This document shows, piece after piece, positions 1-11,743 of a stretch of DNA of 64,000 nucleotides. Source of the stretch: the human T2T-CHM13v2.0 reference genome, Homo sapiens; assembly GCF_009914755.1 (NCBI RefSeq), contig NC_060928.1; one strand, 5' to 3'. Every line of letters begins with the position of its first letter. The stretch's first letter is position 1. The notes under the pieces are model-generated. The model was given only the letters and a program-made list of their open reading frames with translations, had not been told where the DNA came from and searched no databases. A program made the translations under genes and the position numbers.

Positions 1-1299
1 CTGTGTGATGTGTTAAACTGCTAGATTCAAATAATCTTTACAGCCATCTTTGCTTAACCCTTTATTCTTCTGGTAACCTCTTTGTAGTAATTTTCTAATC
101 CAATCTCATCAGATTTTGCATTCATTATGTATCTGTTTACACTTTTGGCCCTATTAAATGTTGTCTTTTCATCCCACCTACGGATCTCAGAACTACCTTG
201 GTTAATACTGCTTCAGAATCTCTACTAACTCTCAAATAACCTATAACCCAGGGATGCATTCCTATCATCGGGGCTGCCACACACTTTTCTCACCTATGCC
301 TCAAGGACAAGATCTGAGCTGAGTCAGGCAGGCATGGCAGGCAGAGAGACGTAAGAGAAGATAGCTTCGAGAAACGTGAGCATTTTTGGAACTGCTGTAA
401 CATAGGGTGGATGCAAAGGTAACGCATTCAACATATTTTCCTCACTTGAATTTTGTTTATTTTCAGTTCTGTCTGAAGCCAGCGTTTATGTTCCCCTTTT
501 TCTAAATTATAGTTTACAGGCCAGCTTTCAGTGGCCTTTCTATTTGTTGGCTATAATTCAATCCTGAAGTTACTAAAATTGATTTTCCTTTTCCAAGAAA
601 AATATATTCTTTTTAATAAAGCAGTATGAAAGTTAAACAAAGGTCAACCAATAATTGAATGGTTGTATGAAATAACCAGTTAGAATGTAATGGCTGTCAT
701 CATTTCCAATTTGTGAAAGAAGCAATGAAAACAGATGTTTTGTGGTTTGTTTGCTGGATCAGAGAAAATTATTTTTACACTGCTTTGTTAAGAGTAATGA
801 TTGAGGGAAAGCACTTATAGGAAGTACTTTATTTTCCTCTAGATTCCAATTTCAAAGATATCAAGGTCATTCCTAGTTCAATTCTCTGAATTAAATGATG
901 ATGGTAATCAGTGGATTATTTATTGCTTGTATCATTGGAAATTTAATACTTGATTGCTAGAGTGAGGAAGATACTTTGGCCTCATTGGCCGGGAGTCTTT
1001 TTGTCAAAGACAATCTGGTGCTCTGATGGAATTAAACAAGAGCATTTCAGTATTTTTCAGGGATCACATGATTAACTCACTTTCCAGCAACAACAACAAC
1101 AAATCTGAATTTGTTGAATGAATCCTGTCTACAGATAAAAATGGTGGTCCTGCTACCTCTATCCATTCTTTACCTGTCTCCTAGGAAGTGTCAATTTAAG
1201 GAAGGATTGCTGATTTGTTTGTGCATTGAAAGCGGCACAATTCAACTATGTAGCCAGCTTTTTCCTGAGTTGGTGAATTTAAAACCATACTAGAATATT

Positions 1300-1608
1300 T
1301 CTTTCTTTTTTTTTTTTTTTTTTTTTGAGATGAATTTTCGCTCTTGTTGCCCAGGATGGAGTGCAATGGTGCAATCTTGGCTCACCGCAACCTCCACCTT
1401 CCAGATTAAAGCAATTCTCCTGCCTCAGCCTCCTGAGTAGCTGGGATTACAGGCACGTGCCATCATGCCCGGCTAATTTTGTATTGTTAGTAGAGATGGG
1501 GTTTCTCCATGTTGGTCAGGCTGGTTGTGAACTCCCGACCTCAGGTGATCTGCTCGCCACTGCCTCCCAAAGTGCTGTGATTACAGGTGTAAGCCACCGC
1601 ACCCAGCC
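1300..1608 (-). mobile_element. Alu (AluS, AluSp-like)
   Basis: Poly-T tail ~1300-1326, then antisense dimeric Alu ending ACCCAGCC; TSD TAGAATATT at 1291-1299 and 1609-1617. Confidence 0.95.
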
Positions 1609-2129
1609 TAGAATATTGCAAGCAAAGGATTAGATTATTTTCATCATGCAGTACAGCTGTCAAAAGAAACAGAGATGGAAACAGAGATGTTCAGCTAAGC
1701 TGTCTTGTTCCCTGCTTGCTTTGTTGGTATCACTGTCAAACCTCGGTTTCTTTGGAGTAATCTTTTAAAGCTATTTGGACATATTGTGAGAACTACTTTA
1801 GTTAAAACCAGGTTGTCAAAGCCTTAAATCCACTTGAGTCACCCTTAAACTTTAGTGTGTTGCAATATACTTCTGTGTCCTCTGTGCTGTGGAACCATCA
1901 TTCTTCCCCCTAGAATACCTCTCTTATTATAGGAAAGCCTTAACGAACCTAACGGCAGAATCAGGGTACAGAGTCAATCCATATATTTAATGTTAGTAAA
2001 TCTTCCCTCCTCCAAAAAAATCCTAATTAAAATATAAATATAAATAAAAATGGAAGTTCTAAAATTTCTTCTTACTCAGTGGCTTGTCACTGAGTGGATG
2101 TGTTTATTTGGATGAACATACCCGAAGTA

Positions 2130-2961
2130 TTTGTGTTCTCTGAGCTTTCTGCTCTGTATCTGCAATTTGCTATCAGTACTTTTGGAAAGTTCTTGGCCAT
2201 TATTACTTCAACTATTTCTTCTGCTTTATTCTTTCTTTCTTCTTCATCTGATATTCCAATTACACACATGGTATACCTTTTGAAATTGTTCCACAATTCT
2301 TGAATACTCTATTCCTTTTTTGTGTGGGAATTTTTTTCTTTCTTTCTCCACTTTGCATTTTATTTATGGAAATTTCTATCGATAGCTCTTCAGCTTATTT
2401 ATTTTTCTTCTAATATCTAGTCTACTGATAAGCCTATCAAATACTTTTCATTTCTGTTACAGTGTTTTTTATTTCTAGCATCTTTTATATTCTTTGATTT
2501 TCCATCTTTCTTTTTACATTACCCATCTGTTCTTGCACGTTGCCTACTTTTTCCACTAGAACATTTAATATGTTAATCATAGTACTTTAAATTCCCTGTC
2601 TCATACTTTCAACAACTTTGTAATCTTCTTTGTAATCTCTAAATCTAGTCTGATGCTTGCTTTGTTTTTTCAGACTTTTTTTTCTTGACTTTTAGCATGC
2701 ATTGTAATTTGTTGCTGCTGCTGTTGTTGTTAAAAACCAGTTAGACCTAAAGAAGACCTATTTTCCTGTTTTACTATTTGATACATTATCTGATACATAG
2801 TAAAACAAGTAAATAAGTCTTCAGGGTGAAGTTTCATGTTAATTTGATTAGGAATTTGGCTGTGTTTAATGTCTTCTGTAGCTGTAAGCACTAGAGCCTT
2901 CACATTACTCTCGTATCCTCTTTTTTGTTTCCAATGTTGGCTTTGGGGCTCTGTAAGGGTA
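2130..2961 (-). mobile_element. Old L1M fragment (ORF1 region), interrupted by the ERV; appears to resume after 11743
   Basis: Minus-strand peptide CVIGISDEEERKNKAEEIVEVIMAKNFPK resembles L1 ORF1p; T-rich antisense L1 composition; boundaries approximate. Confidence 0.7.
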
Positions 2962-2965
2962 CTAC

Positions 2966-3974
2966 CAAAATGGCCTCATTTTCTGGGGTAAATACCAAGG
3001 TTCTTGGTCTCAGGGTCAAGAAAATCAAGGATGTGGATGCACACATACAGTGAGATTGGAGCAGTCGTTTAATAGGCAAAAGGAAAGAACAGCTGTCACA
3101 GACAGGGGTCCTGAATGGGTTGCCAAGTTGTTCTAAAAATGTCAGGGTTTTTATAAATGGGCTAGTGAGGAGGGGGTGCCTTATCATCCTAGGGCCAAAG
3201 AACTGGTTAGGGCCAGGTGTGCTATCTGCATAGAGTCTTTATCAGCCCCCACCCCATTCTTTGATCATGTAAGCAGACTCTTAGTTTACACTGCTCTGCA
3301 CTGCTTATCTACATGTGCTAAAAAGGGAGGGAGAGTTTCTGTGCCTATTCCCAGGCACCTTCTTGCAGCTGCAGTTATCTACCCCATGCACGCTTCCACC
3401 TTTCCTATCTTAGTGTGCCTACAGAAAGGGAAAAGGATGTGCTTATGAAGTCCCACTATTTTTACTGAGGCCCATCTTACGTATGTGAAGTTTGGTGATT
3501 ACCCAGGAAACTCCCCGCTCTGTGCCTGAATTTCTTATCTGTGTTTTACAGCCTGATCTTCCAGGCTGCTCTTTGTTAGAAGAGAAGTGATTTCTCAAGG
3601 TCAAGAGATCAAGACCATCCTGGCCTTGATTTCACATGGTGAAACCCTTTCTCTACTAAAAATACAAAAAATTAGCCAGGCGTGGTGGCAGGCACCTGTA
3701 GTCCCAGCTACTCAGGAGGCTGAGGCAGGAGAATGGCGTGAACCCAGGAGGCGGAGCTTGCAGTGAGCCGAGATTGCGCCACTGCACTCCAGCCTGGGCG
3801 ACAAAGCGAGACTCCATAAATAAATAAAAAAAAAGAAGTGATTTCTTTGAACTGTGTGTGGTTAGAAAGGGAGCAATTTCTGAGCTGCTTTTTGTTAGAA
3901 GGGAACTTTCCTGCTTGAGACTCTCTTCACCCTATCTATTTACCTAAATTATTTCTATCTCATATCCTATATCA
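2966..3974 (-). mobile_element. 3' LTR of the provirus (split by an Alu)
   Basis: Colinear with 10972-11739; minus strand starts TGATATAGGA; adjacent purine tract GAGGGAGGAAA (PPT) at ~3977-3987. Confidence 0.9.
3596..3833 (+). mobile_element. 5'-truncated Alu (AluY/AluSc-like) inserted in the 3' LTR
   Basis: TSD AGAAGTGATTTCT at 3583-3595 and 3834-3846; A-rich tail; absent from the other LTR. Confidence 0.95.
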
Positions 3975-4349
3975 TATTTCCTCCCTCAGGAATGGAATCC
4001 ATAACTGCTGTTAAGGGGAGTTGGGCTACGACTTCTGGCTACTTCCTGCTGGAGAGGCGCGTTATATTGGAACAGCAGCCAGGGCTACTCCTGGGGTTGA
4101 TCTAAGGGTCCCTGGTAAAAAGGCATCTTCATTTTGGGTTCCATTTGCGACACCATGTGAAGCTTGATGGTTTCTAGGTGAGAAGAGATAAACTATACAA
4201 GGAGGTTTAGAAGATAGGGTTCAAATATGAGTACTGACTACCATTATCAGTGGGGGCACTAGAGGCCATAACTATGACAGCAGAGTTTGTTTGATACCAG
4301 TGAGCCATTTAGATGGGTGGTATTGTTGTAAGTGGGTGATAATATTGGT

Positions 4350-4430
4350 TGCCTCTACTAGATGTTGCTGTACTTTACCAGAAACATTAATATAAAAGTA
4401 ACATTTTTCTTTGAGAAAACATACATTTTC
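4350..4430 (-). pseudogene. env: env transmembrane-subunit remnant
   Basis: Minus-strand translation ENVCFLKEKCYFYINVSGKVQQHL resembles a degenerate gamma-type CX6CC TM motif; lies just upstream of PPT and 3' LTR. Confidence 0.6.
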
Positions 4431-4957
4431 CTTTGGACTTGTTACTAAGGAATAATTTTAGGTTTAGGCCATTTTTTATAATTTCTGATATGATTGGGAA
4501 AAGTATATCATTGGGAGGATAAAATAATTTTAGTGTTAATCTTGGCAATCCCTTCTCTTTAATGATTAAATTCTTTTATGACTTCCACAGACCATTTTAC
4601 CACATCCTTGAACTTTCTGACTTGTCCTAAGCATTCTTCCTTTAAACAAGCAGTCATTTCCTTTTAGGATAAGAATTTGCCATACAAGATCCTTCCTTCT
4701 ATATATAATCTCTTTCTTTATAACCTTCTCTTCATACTTAGAGTGCATCATACTAATAATTTTCAATAAAAAGTCATATCAAGCTTAGTGATAGTAACCT
4801 TTCTTTGTCTGTAACTATTGCCCCTGCTATGAGAATAATAAAACAACCTTGACTAAATCTTTCCTGTAATTATTAATCCTGTAATAAAGATGATAATTAG
4901 GCAAAATATTATAGCCATTAGAATTTTACAACCAGAATCCCACATTGTGGGTGCTAC

Positions 4958-6139
4958 TGTGTCTGGAATCGGTGGGTTCTTGGTCTCACTGACTTCCAGA
5001 ATGAAGCCGCGGACCCTCGCGGTGAGTGTTACAGCTCTTAAGGTGGCACGTCTGGAGTTGTTCGTTCCTCCCCGTGGGCTCGTGGGCTCGCTGGCTTTAG
5101 GAGTGAAGCTGCAGACCTTCGCGGTGAGTGTTACAGCTCTTAAAGCGGCGCGTCTGGAGTTGTTCGTTCCTCCCCGTGGGCTTGTGGTTTCGCTGGCTTC
5201 AGGAGTGAAGCTGCAGACTTTCGCGGTGAGTGTTACAGCTCATAAAAGCAGTGTGGTCCCAAAGAGTGAGCAGTAGCAAGATTTATTGCAAAGGGCGAAA
5301 GAACAAAGCTTCCGCACGGTGGAACGGAACCCGAGCGGGTTGCCAGTGCTGGCTGGGGCAGCCTGCTTTTATTCTCTTATCTGGCCCCAGGCACATCCTG
5401 CTGATTGGTAGAGCCGAGTGGTCTGTTTTAACAGGGCGCTGATTGGCGCGTTTACAATCCCTGAGCTAGACATAAAGGTTCTCCACGTCCCCACCAGACT
5501 CAGGAGCCCAGCTGGCTTCACCCAATGGATCTCGCACCCGGGCTGCAGGTGGTGCTGCCTGCCAGTCCCGGTGTCATGCGCCCACACTCCTCAGCCCTTG
5601 GGTGGTCGATGAGACTGGGCGCCCTGGAGCAGGGGGTGGCGCTCGTCGGGGAAGCTCGGGCGGCACAGGAGCCCATGGAGGGGGTGGGAGGCTCAGGCAT
5701 GGCGGGCTGCAGGTCCCAAGCCCTGCCCCGCGGGAAGGCAGCTAAGGCCTGCTGAGAAATCGAGCGCAGCGTCGGTAGGCTGGCACTGCTGGGGTACCCA
5801 GTACACCCTCCGCAGCTGCTGGCCCGGGTGCTAAGCCCCTCATTGCCAGGGCCGGCGGGCTGCTCCGAGCGCGGGGCCCGCCAAGCCCACGCCCACCCAG
5901 AACTCCAGCTGGCCCGCAAGCGCGGCACGCAGCCCCGGTTCCCGCTGGCGCCTCTCCCTCCACACCTCCCTGCAAGCTGAGGGAGCCGGCTCTGGCCTTG
6001 GCCTGCCCAGAAAGGGGCTCCCACAGTGCAGCGGTGGGCTGAAGGGCTCCTCAAGTGCCGCCAAAGTGGGAGCCCAGGCAGAGGAGGCGCGGAGAGCCAG
6101 CGAGGGCTGTGAGGACTGCCATCACGCTGTCACCTCTCA
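4958..6139 (-). mobile_element. Solo LTR12C (HERV9) nested in the provirus
   Basis: Minus strand starts TGAGAGGTGACAGCGTG and ends GACACA; CpG-rich U3; three U5 repeats GCGGTGAGTGTTACAGCTC; TSD CTAC/CCAC (4954-4957, 6140-6143). Confidence 0.93.
5360..5450 (-). promoter_or_regulatory. LTR12 core promoter (two CCAAT boxes and AATAAAA TATA-like box)
   Basis: ATTGG at 5404-5408 and 5442-5446; TTTTATT at 5367-5373; matches known ERV9 LTR promoter layout; activity not shown. Confidence 0.6.
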
Positions 6140-6549
6140 CCACAATGTATAGTTCTATTGCAAATAGTGGAGTGAGTATAACAATTCTTGCGAGAGTGGC
6201 GTGATAGATAATTTCCATTTAAAATTTTACTTGCCAAGATATAGTTTCCCTCTGGGGTCCTATGAAGTTATAAATGCAAGTGTATGAGTAATTAAAGTTT
6301 CCTTGCAAATATCTGTTAAAAAGAAGTTCTAATATTTGGTGGTGAATTTTGAGAGGGAAGGTAGAAACAACAAAAAGGATTTGGTGAGGTAAAGATGGGA
6401 CTGAGTAAGGCGAGTAGCCCTCAGTTACTTATCTTTTATGATTTTCAGCTTAGTATCTTCTATTTCTTCACATTGATATTCAGGGTGTTCTCTGGGCTGT
6501 CGGGTTGCTCCCTCAGATTTTCAGGCTTTTACTTGAGTGTGATGTATTC

Positions 6550-8190
6550 AGAAGTTGATACCTGTAACTTTTATTGCCAAGTGGGAGAGAGCATTGAAAG
6601 AACAGTGTAGGGCCCTTCCCAGCTTGGGCTTAGGGAAGGAGAGCGAGGAAGAGAGAGTTTTTACTAAAACCAAATCTCCTGGGTTAAAAACAGGTGGTCC
6701 TATTTCTTGGTATTGGGCCTCTGCTAGTTGTGTTGATTCTTGTTGGAAATGAGCTAGAGAGGTTGCATGCTTAACTAATTTAGAAGTTTTCTGATCTAAT
6801 AGGAAGTCATTTGTAATGAAAGGCCGTCCATACAGCATTTCGCAAGGACTCAGGCTTAACTTTCAAGGGGTATTTTTTTTTTCTGTAGTAAGGCCGTAGT
6901 AGTAAGGGAAGAAGAGTGACCCAAGGAGGTGAGTTTCCTAGAAGTTTTCTGAGGTGTATTTTGGTAATGTCATTTGTTTTCTGTACCTTCCCTGAGGACT
7001 GGGACCTCCAAGCACAATGGGGATGATACTATAAGCCTAGTGCCTTTGAGACTCCCTGGGTGACAGCTGCTTTGAATAAGGGGCCATTGTCACTTTGGAG
7101 ATACTTAGGTAGACCAGAGCCAGGGGTTATTTCATTAACTAGCACTTTTATTACCTCACAGGCTTTTCTGTACAGCATTGAAATTCTTCTTTCCAGTTAG
7201 TGAAGAGAAATTCTTCTCTCCATGTCTTTGGCATGTGGGTGAAGTCCATTTGGTAGTCTTCCCTGGATAGCTTTCTATTCTTTGGGTTTGAGGAGGAAAG
7301 ACCCGTTTGTTGAGGAAATTATTTTTAAGACAGACTTTTCAAGCATTAATAACCTATTTGGCTTTTTTTTTTTCTTTTTCTTTTTTTATCAAATAATCTC
7401 CTGAAAACAATCTCTGGGCACACTGGTAAGTTTTTTCCTTTTCCAGGTGAAAATTTTGGTGAAGGATTTTAAGGACTTTCCATTGTCTAGAGGCTGGCAA
7501 GTGGAGTTTGCCATTCTCTGACTGTAGCTGTCCTGAAGGCTAGAAAGTGTACCTCCAAGAAGTGGCCCACTCCATTTCTGCAGGGGATTACTGAGGCTTA
7601 ATTGTTTTTATGGAGCCTTCCCAGGCTAGAGGGGCTTTAAGTGTGTTGAGGCCCTGAGGCTTTCTTGCTGCTGTCTTGGCTTCCTGATGAGCTAACTTGT
7701 TTCCTTCAGCTATTTCATGTGTTTCCTTTTGATGTTCCTTACAACGCATCACTGCTGCTTCTTGTGGAGGGAAAACTGAGGATAATAACCTGTTAACTTC
7801 CTGGTGATATTTTATAGTAGATCCACTAGTAGTAAGAAATATCTTTCATTTTAAATGGCAGCATGAGCATGGAGAACTAAGAAAGCATACTTGGAGTCAA
7901 TGTAAATGTTGCCTACATTTCCCTTGCTTAATTCAAGTATTCTTGTAAAAGCTATTAGTTCAGCTAATTGAGTGCTTGTGTCTGGGGAGAGATGTAATTT
8001 AGGGTGACCACTGCTTATCCTGCGTTACGTGTCTCTTGCTTTACTGGCTGTTGGTTAGCTAAAGGCTCCCTCTAGAGGACAGTAATTCTGCCACATTATG
8101 TGGGGTATAAACAGTTAAGTTATTTTCCACGGTTAATTTGGAGGCTTCTTTGACTAGCAGAGCCACTGTGGCAGTGGCTTGCAGACATGT
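6550..8190 (-). pseudogene. pol: ERV pol remnant (RT connection, RNase H, integrase), many stops and frameshifts
   Basis: Minus-strand peptides CLQATATVALLVKEASKLT (~8130-8187), NIYIDSKYAFLVLHAHAA (~7857-7910), DYQMDFTHMP (~7231-7260), KYLQSDNGP (~7080-7106), MLYGRPF (6838). Confidence 0.85.
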
Positions 8191-8400
8191 GTAAATAATA
8201 GGTCCTCCTAACTGCAACTAAGGGGTTGAGAAAGATACTGGATTAGAATTTTTCCTGAGATGCCCTTTATGGTCGTGCCTTGGGAAGAAGGGAGGCCTGG
8301 ATTAGAGAGAAGAAAGATACTGGCTGCAGTCTTTAGAAGGAGGTCTATCTTCCTTCTTTCAATTCCTAGAATCATGTGAGGCTCTTGTGCTGTAATGGCA
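8191..8400 (-). pseudogene. pro: ERV protease remnant
   Basis: ITAQEPHMILGIERRKIDLLLKTAAS, a degenerate LLDTGA active site, directly after gag. Confidence 0.7.
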
Positions 8401-8441
8401 GTTTAAGCTGCTGGAGCCTGGGGTTTGAGCGCCAGGACCCA

Positions 8442-9660
8442 TTAGTCCTGTTGGACCATTTGTGAGACTGCTTCTGAACCCAGTGACCTCTGTCTTTGGG
8501 GGCAGTTTGATCTCCAGTGGTCTCCACCACAGGCTGGACAGGGTTGAGATGGCTTCTTTTTGCTGTTTTGGAACTCCTTTTTAAAGTGCCCTGGCTGCCA
8601 CACCGATAGCAATGAGCAGATGCACCTCAGGGATCCTGGACTTTGCAAGCCTGCAAAGCAGGTACTGGAGCCTCAGTCTTTCTTTTATGCTGTCTCTGTC
8701 TCTCTCGGGCCTCCTCGTGGTCCCTATTATAAAAGGCCTAAGTGGCCACCTTCAGGAGGTTCTTTAAGGTGCTAATTGGTCCTGTAGCTTGCTTTTGTAG
8801 TTTCCTTTTAATATTGGGAGCTGCCTGTGTAATAAACTTGTTCTTTAGAATGAACTGTCCCTCAACTAAATCAGGGGATAAGGAAGTGTGCTTTATTAGT
8901 GCCTCTCCGCCTTTCCATAAAGGCTGCAGGATTCTCATTTGGTTTTTGGTTTATCATGGACAGTTTAGAGTAATTAAGAGCTTTGGCCCTAGTTCTTCAT
9001 AGGCCCTCTAAAATGCACATTAATGAGTGTTTTCTTTTCCATTCATCTGCAGAGCTATTGGGGTTCCAATCAGGGTTGTTAAGAGGAACTGTTTCCCTTC
9101 TTATTGGGAATGGTTATTCTATTTTTTTCTCACCTTCCTTATCTCCGCTTTTCCTTTTTGTTGTATTATAGGAGATAAGTTGCTCATCTCTGAAATTCTC
9201 TGCTGCCTGCAGAGCTGCCTGTTTTTTGGCTGAAGTGAGGGTTTGGCTTAGAAGCAGCATAACATCTGTTCATGTGAGGTGAAACACCCAGGTTAAATTT
9301 TGGAAAGCTTCTATATATCAGGGTCAACAGAAAATCAACCTAAGTCTTCCTTTACTTGCCTAAGGTCCTGTAATGAGAAGGGAACTTGAGATGACCTCAA
9401 ATAAGGAGAATTCTCTGATGGTTCCCCCAGAAGTTGCTTTTCTAAATTCTGGGGAATTATTCTCAATAGGCTTGCCTGATATGACTGTTAAAAAAGCTGG
9501 GTTGATCTTAGAATGCTTGCAAAGGTTTAGTAAAAATGCCATGCTTTTGTGCCAAATAAAACAACTCACTTTTCTCTTCAAGTTCCTGGGGTCAAAGCAG
9601 TTTGAGTGTTTCAGAGTGCGCTCCAGAGGGGTGCAAGCTGAAGTTGGTCTGTTACGAATC
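8442..9660 (-). pseudogene. gag: ERV gag remnant
   Basis: CCHC zinc knuckle CPACGGDHWRSNC (ORF 8442-8648); capsid-like LKNKFITQAAPNIKRKLQK (ORF 8738-8938). Confidence 0.85.
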
Positions 9661-10949
9661 TAGAAAAAGAGACCAGAGAAGAGGCATTCCTCAGTCTCCC
9701 TCTTCTTTCAGTATGACCCAGAGTGGAGAGGAAGATAGTGGGAGTGTCCCCCCCAAAAGTTTTCCCTCCTTGGTTCCCTAGGGTCCTGGCACTGTGTTAA
9801 ATGTGTTACCCATGGTTGTGGGTGTGAGTCCCCAAGCCATGGAAACAGATGAACTAAGTGATGGGATTTAGTCACAATTTACCCACACAGTCTTAGTTAT
9901 CTGCTTGTGATTCCCTTTTGACTTCCTAAACTTCTGTGACGTGTGCGACTCCTTGATGGATAGGTCTCAGGAGAGACTATGCAACAGTTGCATTTCAGCA
10001 ATGCTTCTTAATAGAGGGAGTGTACTGGGCTGAGTTCTATATTCTGCTATTATGGCCCAGACTAGAGAATTCATTCTTAAATGGTAGTTTCTGTTAACTT
10101 CCAGACATAGAATTCACTTTCTATTTAAATGACATCCTAGTTGTAGGCAGAATAGGTGTCTCAAGAGAACATAAGGGTCAAATGGTGACCCTCCTGCTAA
10201 TGGAGAGAGTATTGAGACTAAAATTTGGTTTTGGAGGACATTTTTCTGCTCACTGCTGAAAGCAGAGTTCTCCTGCTTGCAGAGGGGGAATAAAGTTTAG
10301 TCTCTAACAGAGGGATGCAAAAGGGAGAAGAACTGGAAAATCTGCCTGTCTGTAGGAAGTAACAAAAACAGCAATCCCTTGATCAGCATTCCTGGTTGCT
10401 AAGATTCTTGTTGCTAAGCCTGGCTAATTGAATTATTTTCCAAGACTGTAAAAACTCCTGTAGCAACACATACAGAGAGGGGATGGGAGACATTGTGAAC
10501 ACAGAGAGGAAAAGAGGAAAGTAAGATTTGCAATAGGAAAGCTTGTAGATGCTGTGGCCAACACCCCGTTGGGCAGTTGGAGGCTTGGGTCAGTCCAGAA
10601 GCTTTTGGATAACACCAGAGTGTAGCCCTGGCCAGAAATACTCAGTTGCTCCAGGACCTTTTCCAGCCCCATGCAACAGCAAGGTTCTCTGTGAAAAGAA
10701 ACTAGTTTAGAACAGAGCCAACATTCCCAGCACCCTGAGGACACTGGAGGATTGACTAAGTCCTGCACAGCAAGCCTCTCCTCTGAGTCTTCAAGACTGG
10801 CAGCTTCTCCTGGTGGCTCCTTAACCAGCTGTCAGATGCCTGGGTTTTTGATAGTTCTTTGAGAGAATGAAAAATGAGGACAAGAAGCCTTGGAAGTGAA
10901 AGTATGGAGTCTGCTCCTATACTCACCCTTCCAATGAATTTACCTTCAA

Positions 10950-10967
10950 ATCCTGGATGAGACCCCA
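10950..10967 (-). other. Primer-binding site, tRNA-Pro
   Basis: Minus strand TGGGGTCTCATCCAGGAT, 15/18 match to TGGGGGCTCGTCCGGGAT, 4 nt from the 5' LTR. Confidence 0.85.
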
Positions 10968-10971
10968 AGTA

Positions 10972-11739
10972 TAAAACAGCCTTGTTGTCTGGGGTAAATA
11001 CCGAAGTTCTTGGTCTCATAGCCAAGGAAATCAAGGATGTGGATGAACACACAGAGTGAGATTAGAGCAGGAGTTTAATGGGCTTAAAGGAAAGAACATC
11101 TCTCTGTCACAGAGACAGGTCCCGAATACGTTTCCAAATTGTAGTAAAAATGTCAAGGTTTTTATAAATGGGCTAGTAAGGAGGGGGTGTCTTATCTCTG
11201 TGGGGCCCGAAGAACTGGTTAGGACCAGGTGTGCTATCTGCATAGAGCAGAGTCTCTATCAGCCCCCACTCCATTCTTTGACCTTGGAGGCCGACTCTTA
11301 GTTTATGCTCCTCCGTGCTGCTTATCTGCATGTGCTAAAAAGGGGAGGGAGAGTTTCTGTGCCTGTTCCCAGACACCTTCTTGCAGCTGCAGGTATCTAT
11401 CCCTTGCATGCTTCCAGCTTTCCTATCTTAGTTTGACTAAAGAAAGGGAAAAGAATGTGCTTGTGAAGGCCCACTGTTTTTACCGGGGTCCATCATATGT
11501 ATGTTAAGTTTGGTGATTACCCAGGAAACTCCTGGCTCTGTGCCTGAGTTGCTTATCTGTGTCTTACAGCCTGTTCTTCCAGGCTGCTCTTTGTAAGAAG
11601 AGAAATGCTTTCTTTCAACTGCATGTGGTTACAAAGGGAGAAATTTCTGAGCTGCTTTTTGTTAGAAGGAAAGTTTCTGCCTGGGACTCTCTTCACCCTA
11701 ATGATCTACCTAAATGACTTTTTTCTATCTCCTGTATTA
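10972..11739 (-). mobile_element. 5' LTR of the provirus
   Basis: Direct repeat of 2966-3974 without the Alu; adjacent to the PBS. Confidence 0.9.
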
Positions 11740-11743
11740 CTAC

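Larger units (their letters stand above)
2966..11739 (-). mobile_element. Degenerate class I (ERV1) provirus, HUERS-P-like (LTR25/MER61/LTR9-type LTRs)
   Basis: Two homologous LTRs, 4-bp TSD CTAC (2962-2965, 11740-11743), tRNA-Pro PBS, PPT, and gag/pro/pol/env remnants in the correct order; exact family uncertain. Confidence 0.9.

Noticed and set aside
440-480. Strong acceptor-like TTTTGTTTATTTTCAG
   Set aside because: No paired donor or open frame identified; common in AT-rich DNA
1361-1633. Alu-derived ORFs (also 38749-39081, 43499-43744, 63247-63684)
   Set aside because: Typical antisense or sense Alu translations, not genes
5010-5245. Regularly spaced repeats resembling a CRISPR array
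   Set aside because: LTR12 U5 tandem repeats; the spacers are themselves repeated and the DNA is eukaryotic
4890-6064. Cluster of GC-rich ORFs up to 178 aa
   Set aside because: All lie in LTR12C; the repeated peptide LQTFAVSVTA is the U5 tandem repeat, and GC richness suppresses stops
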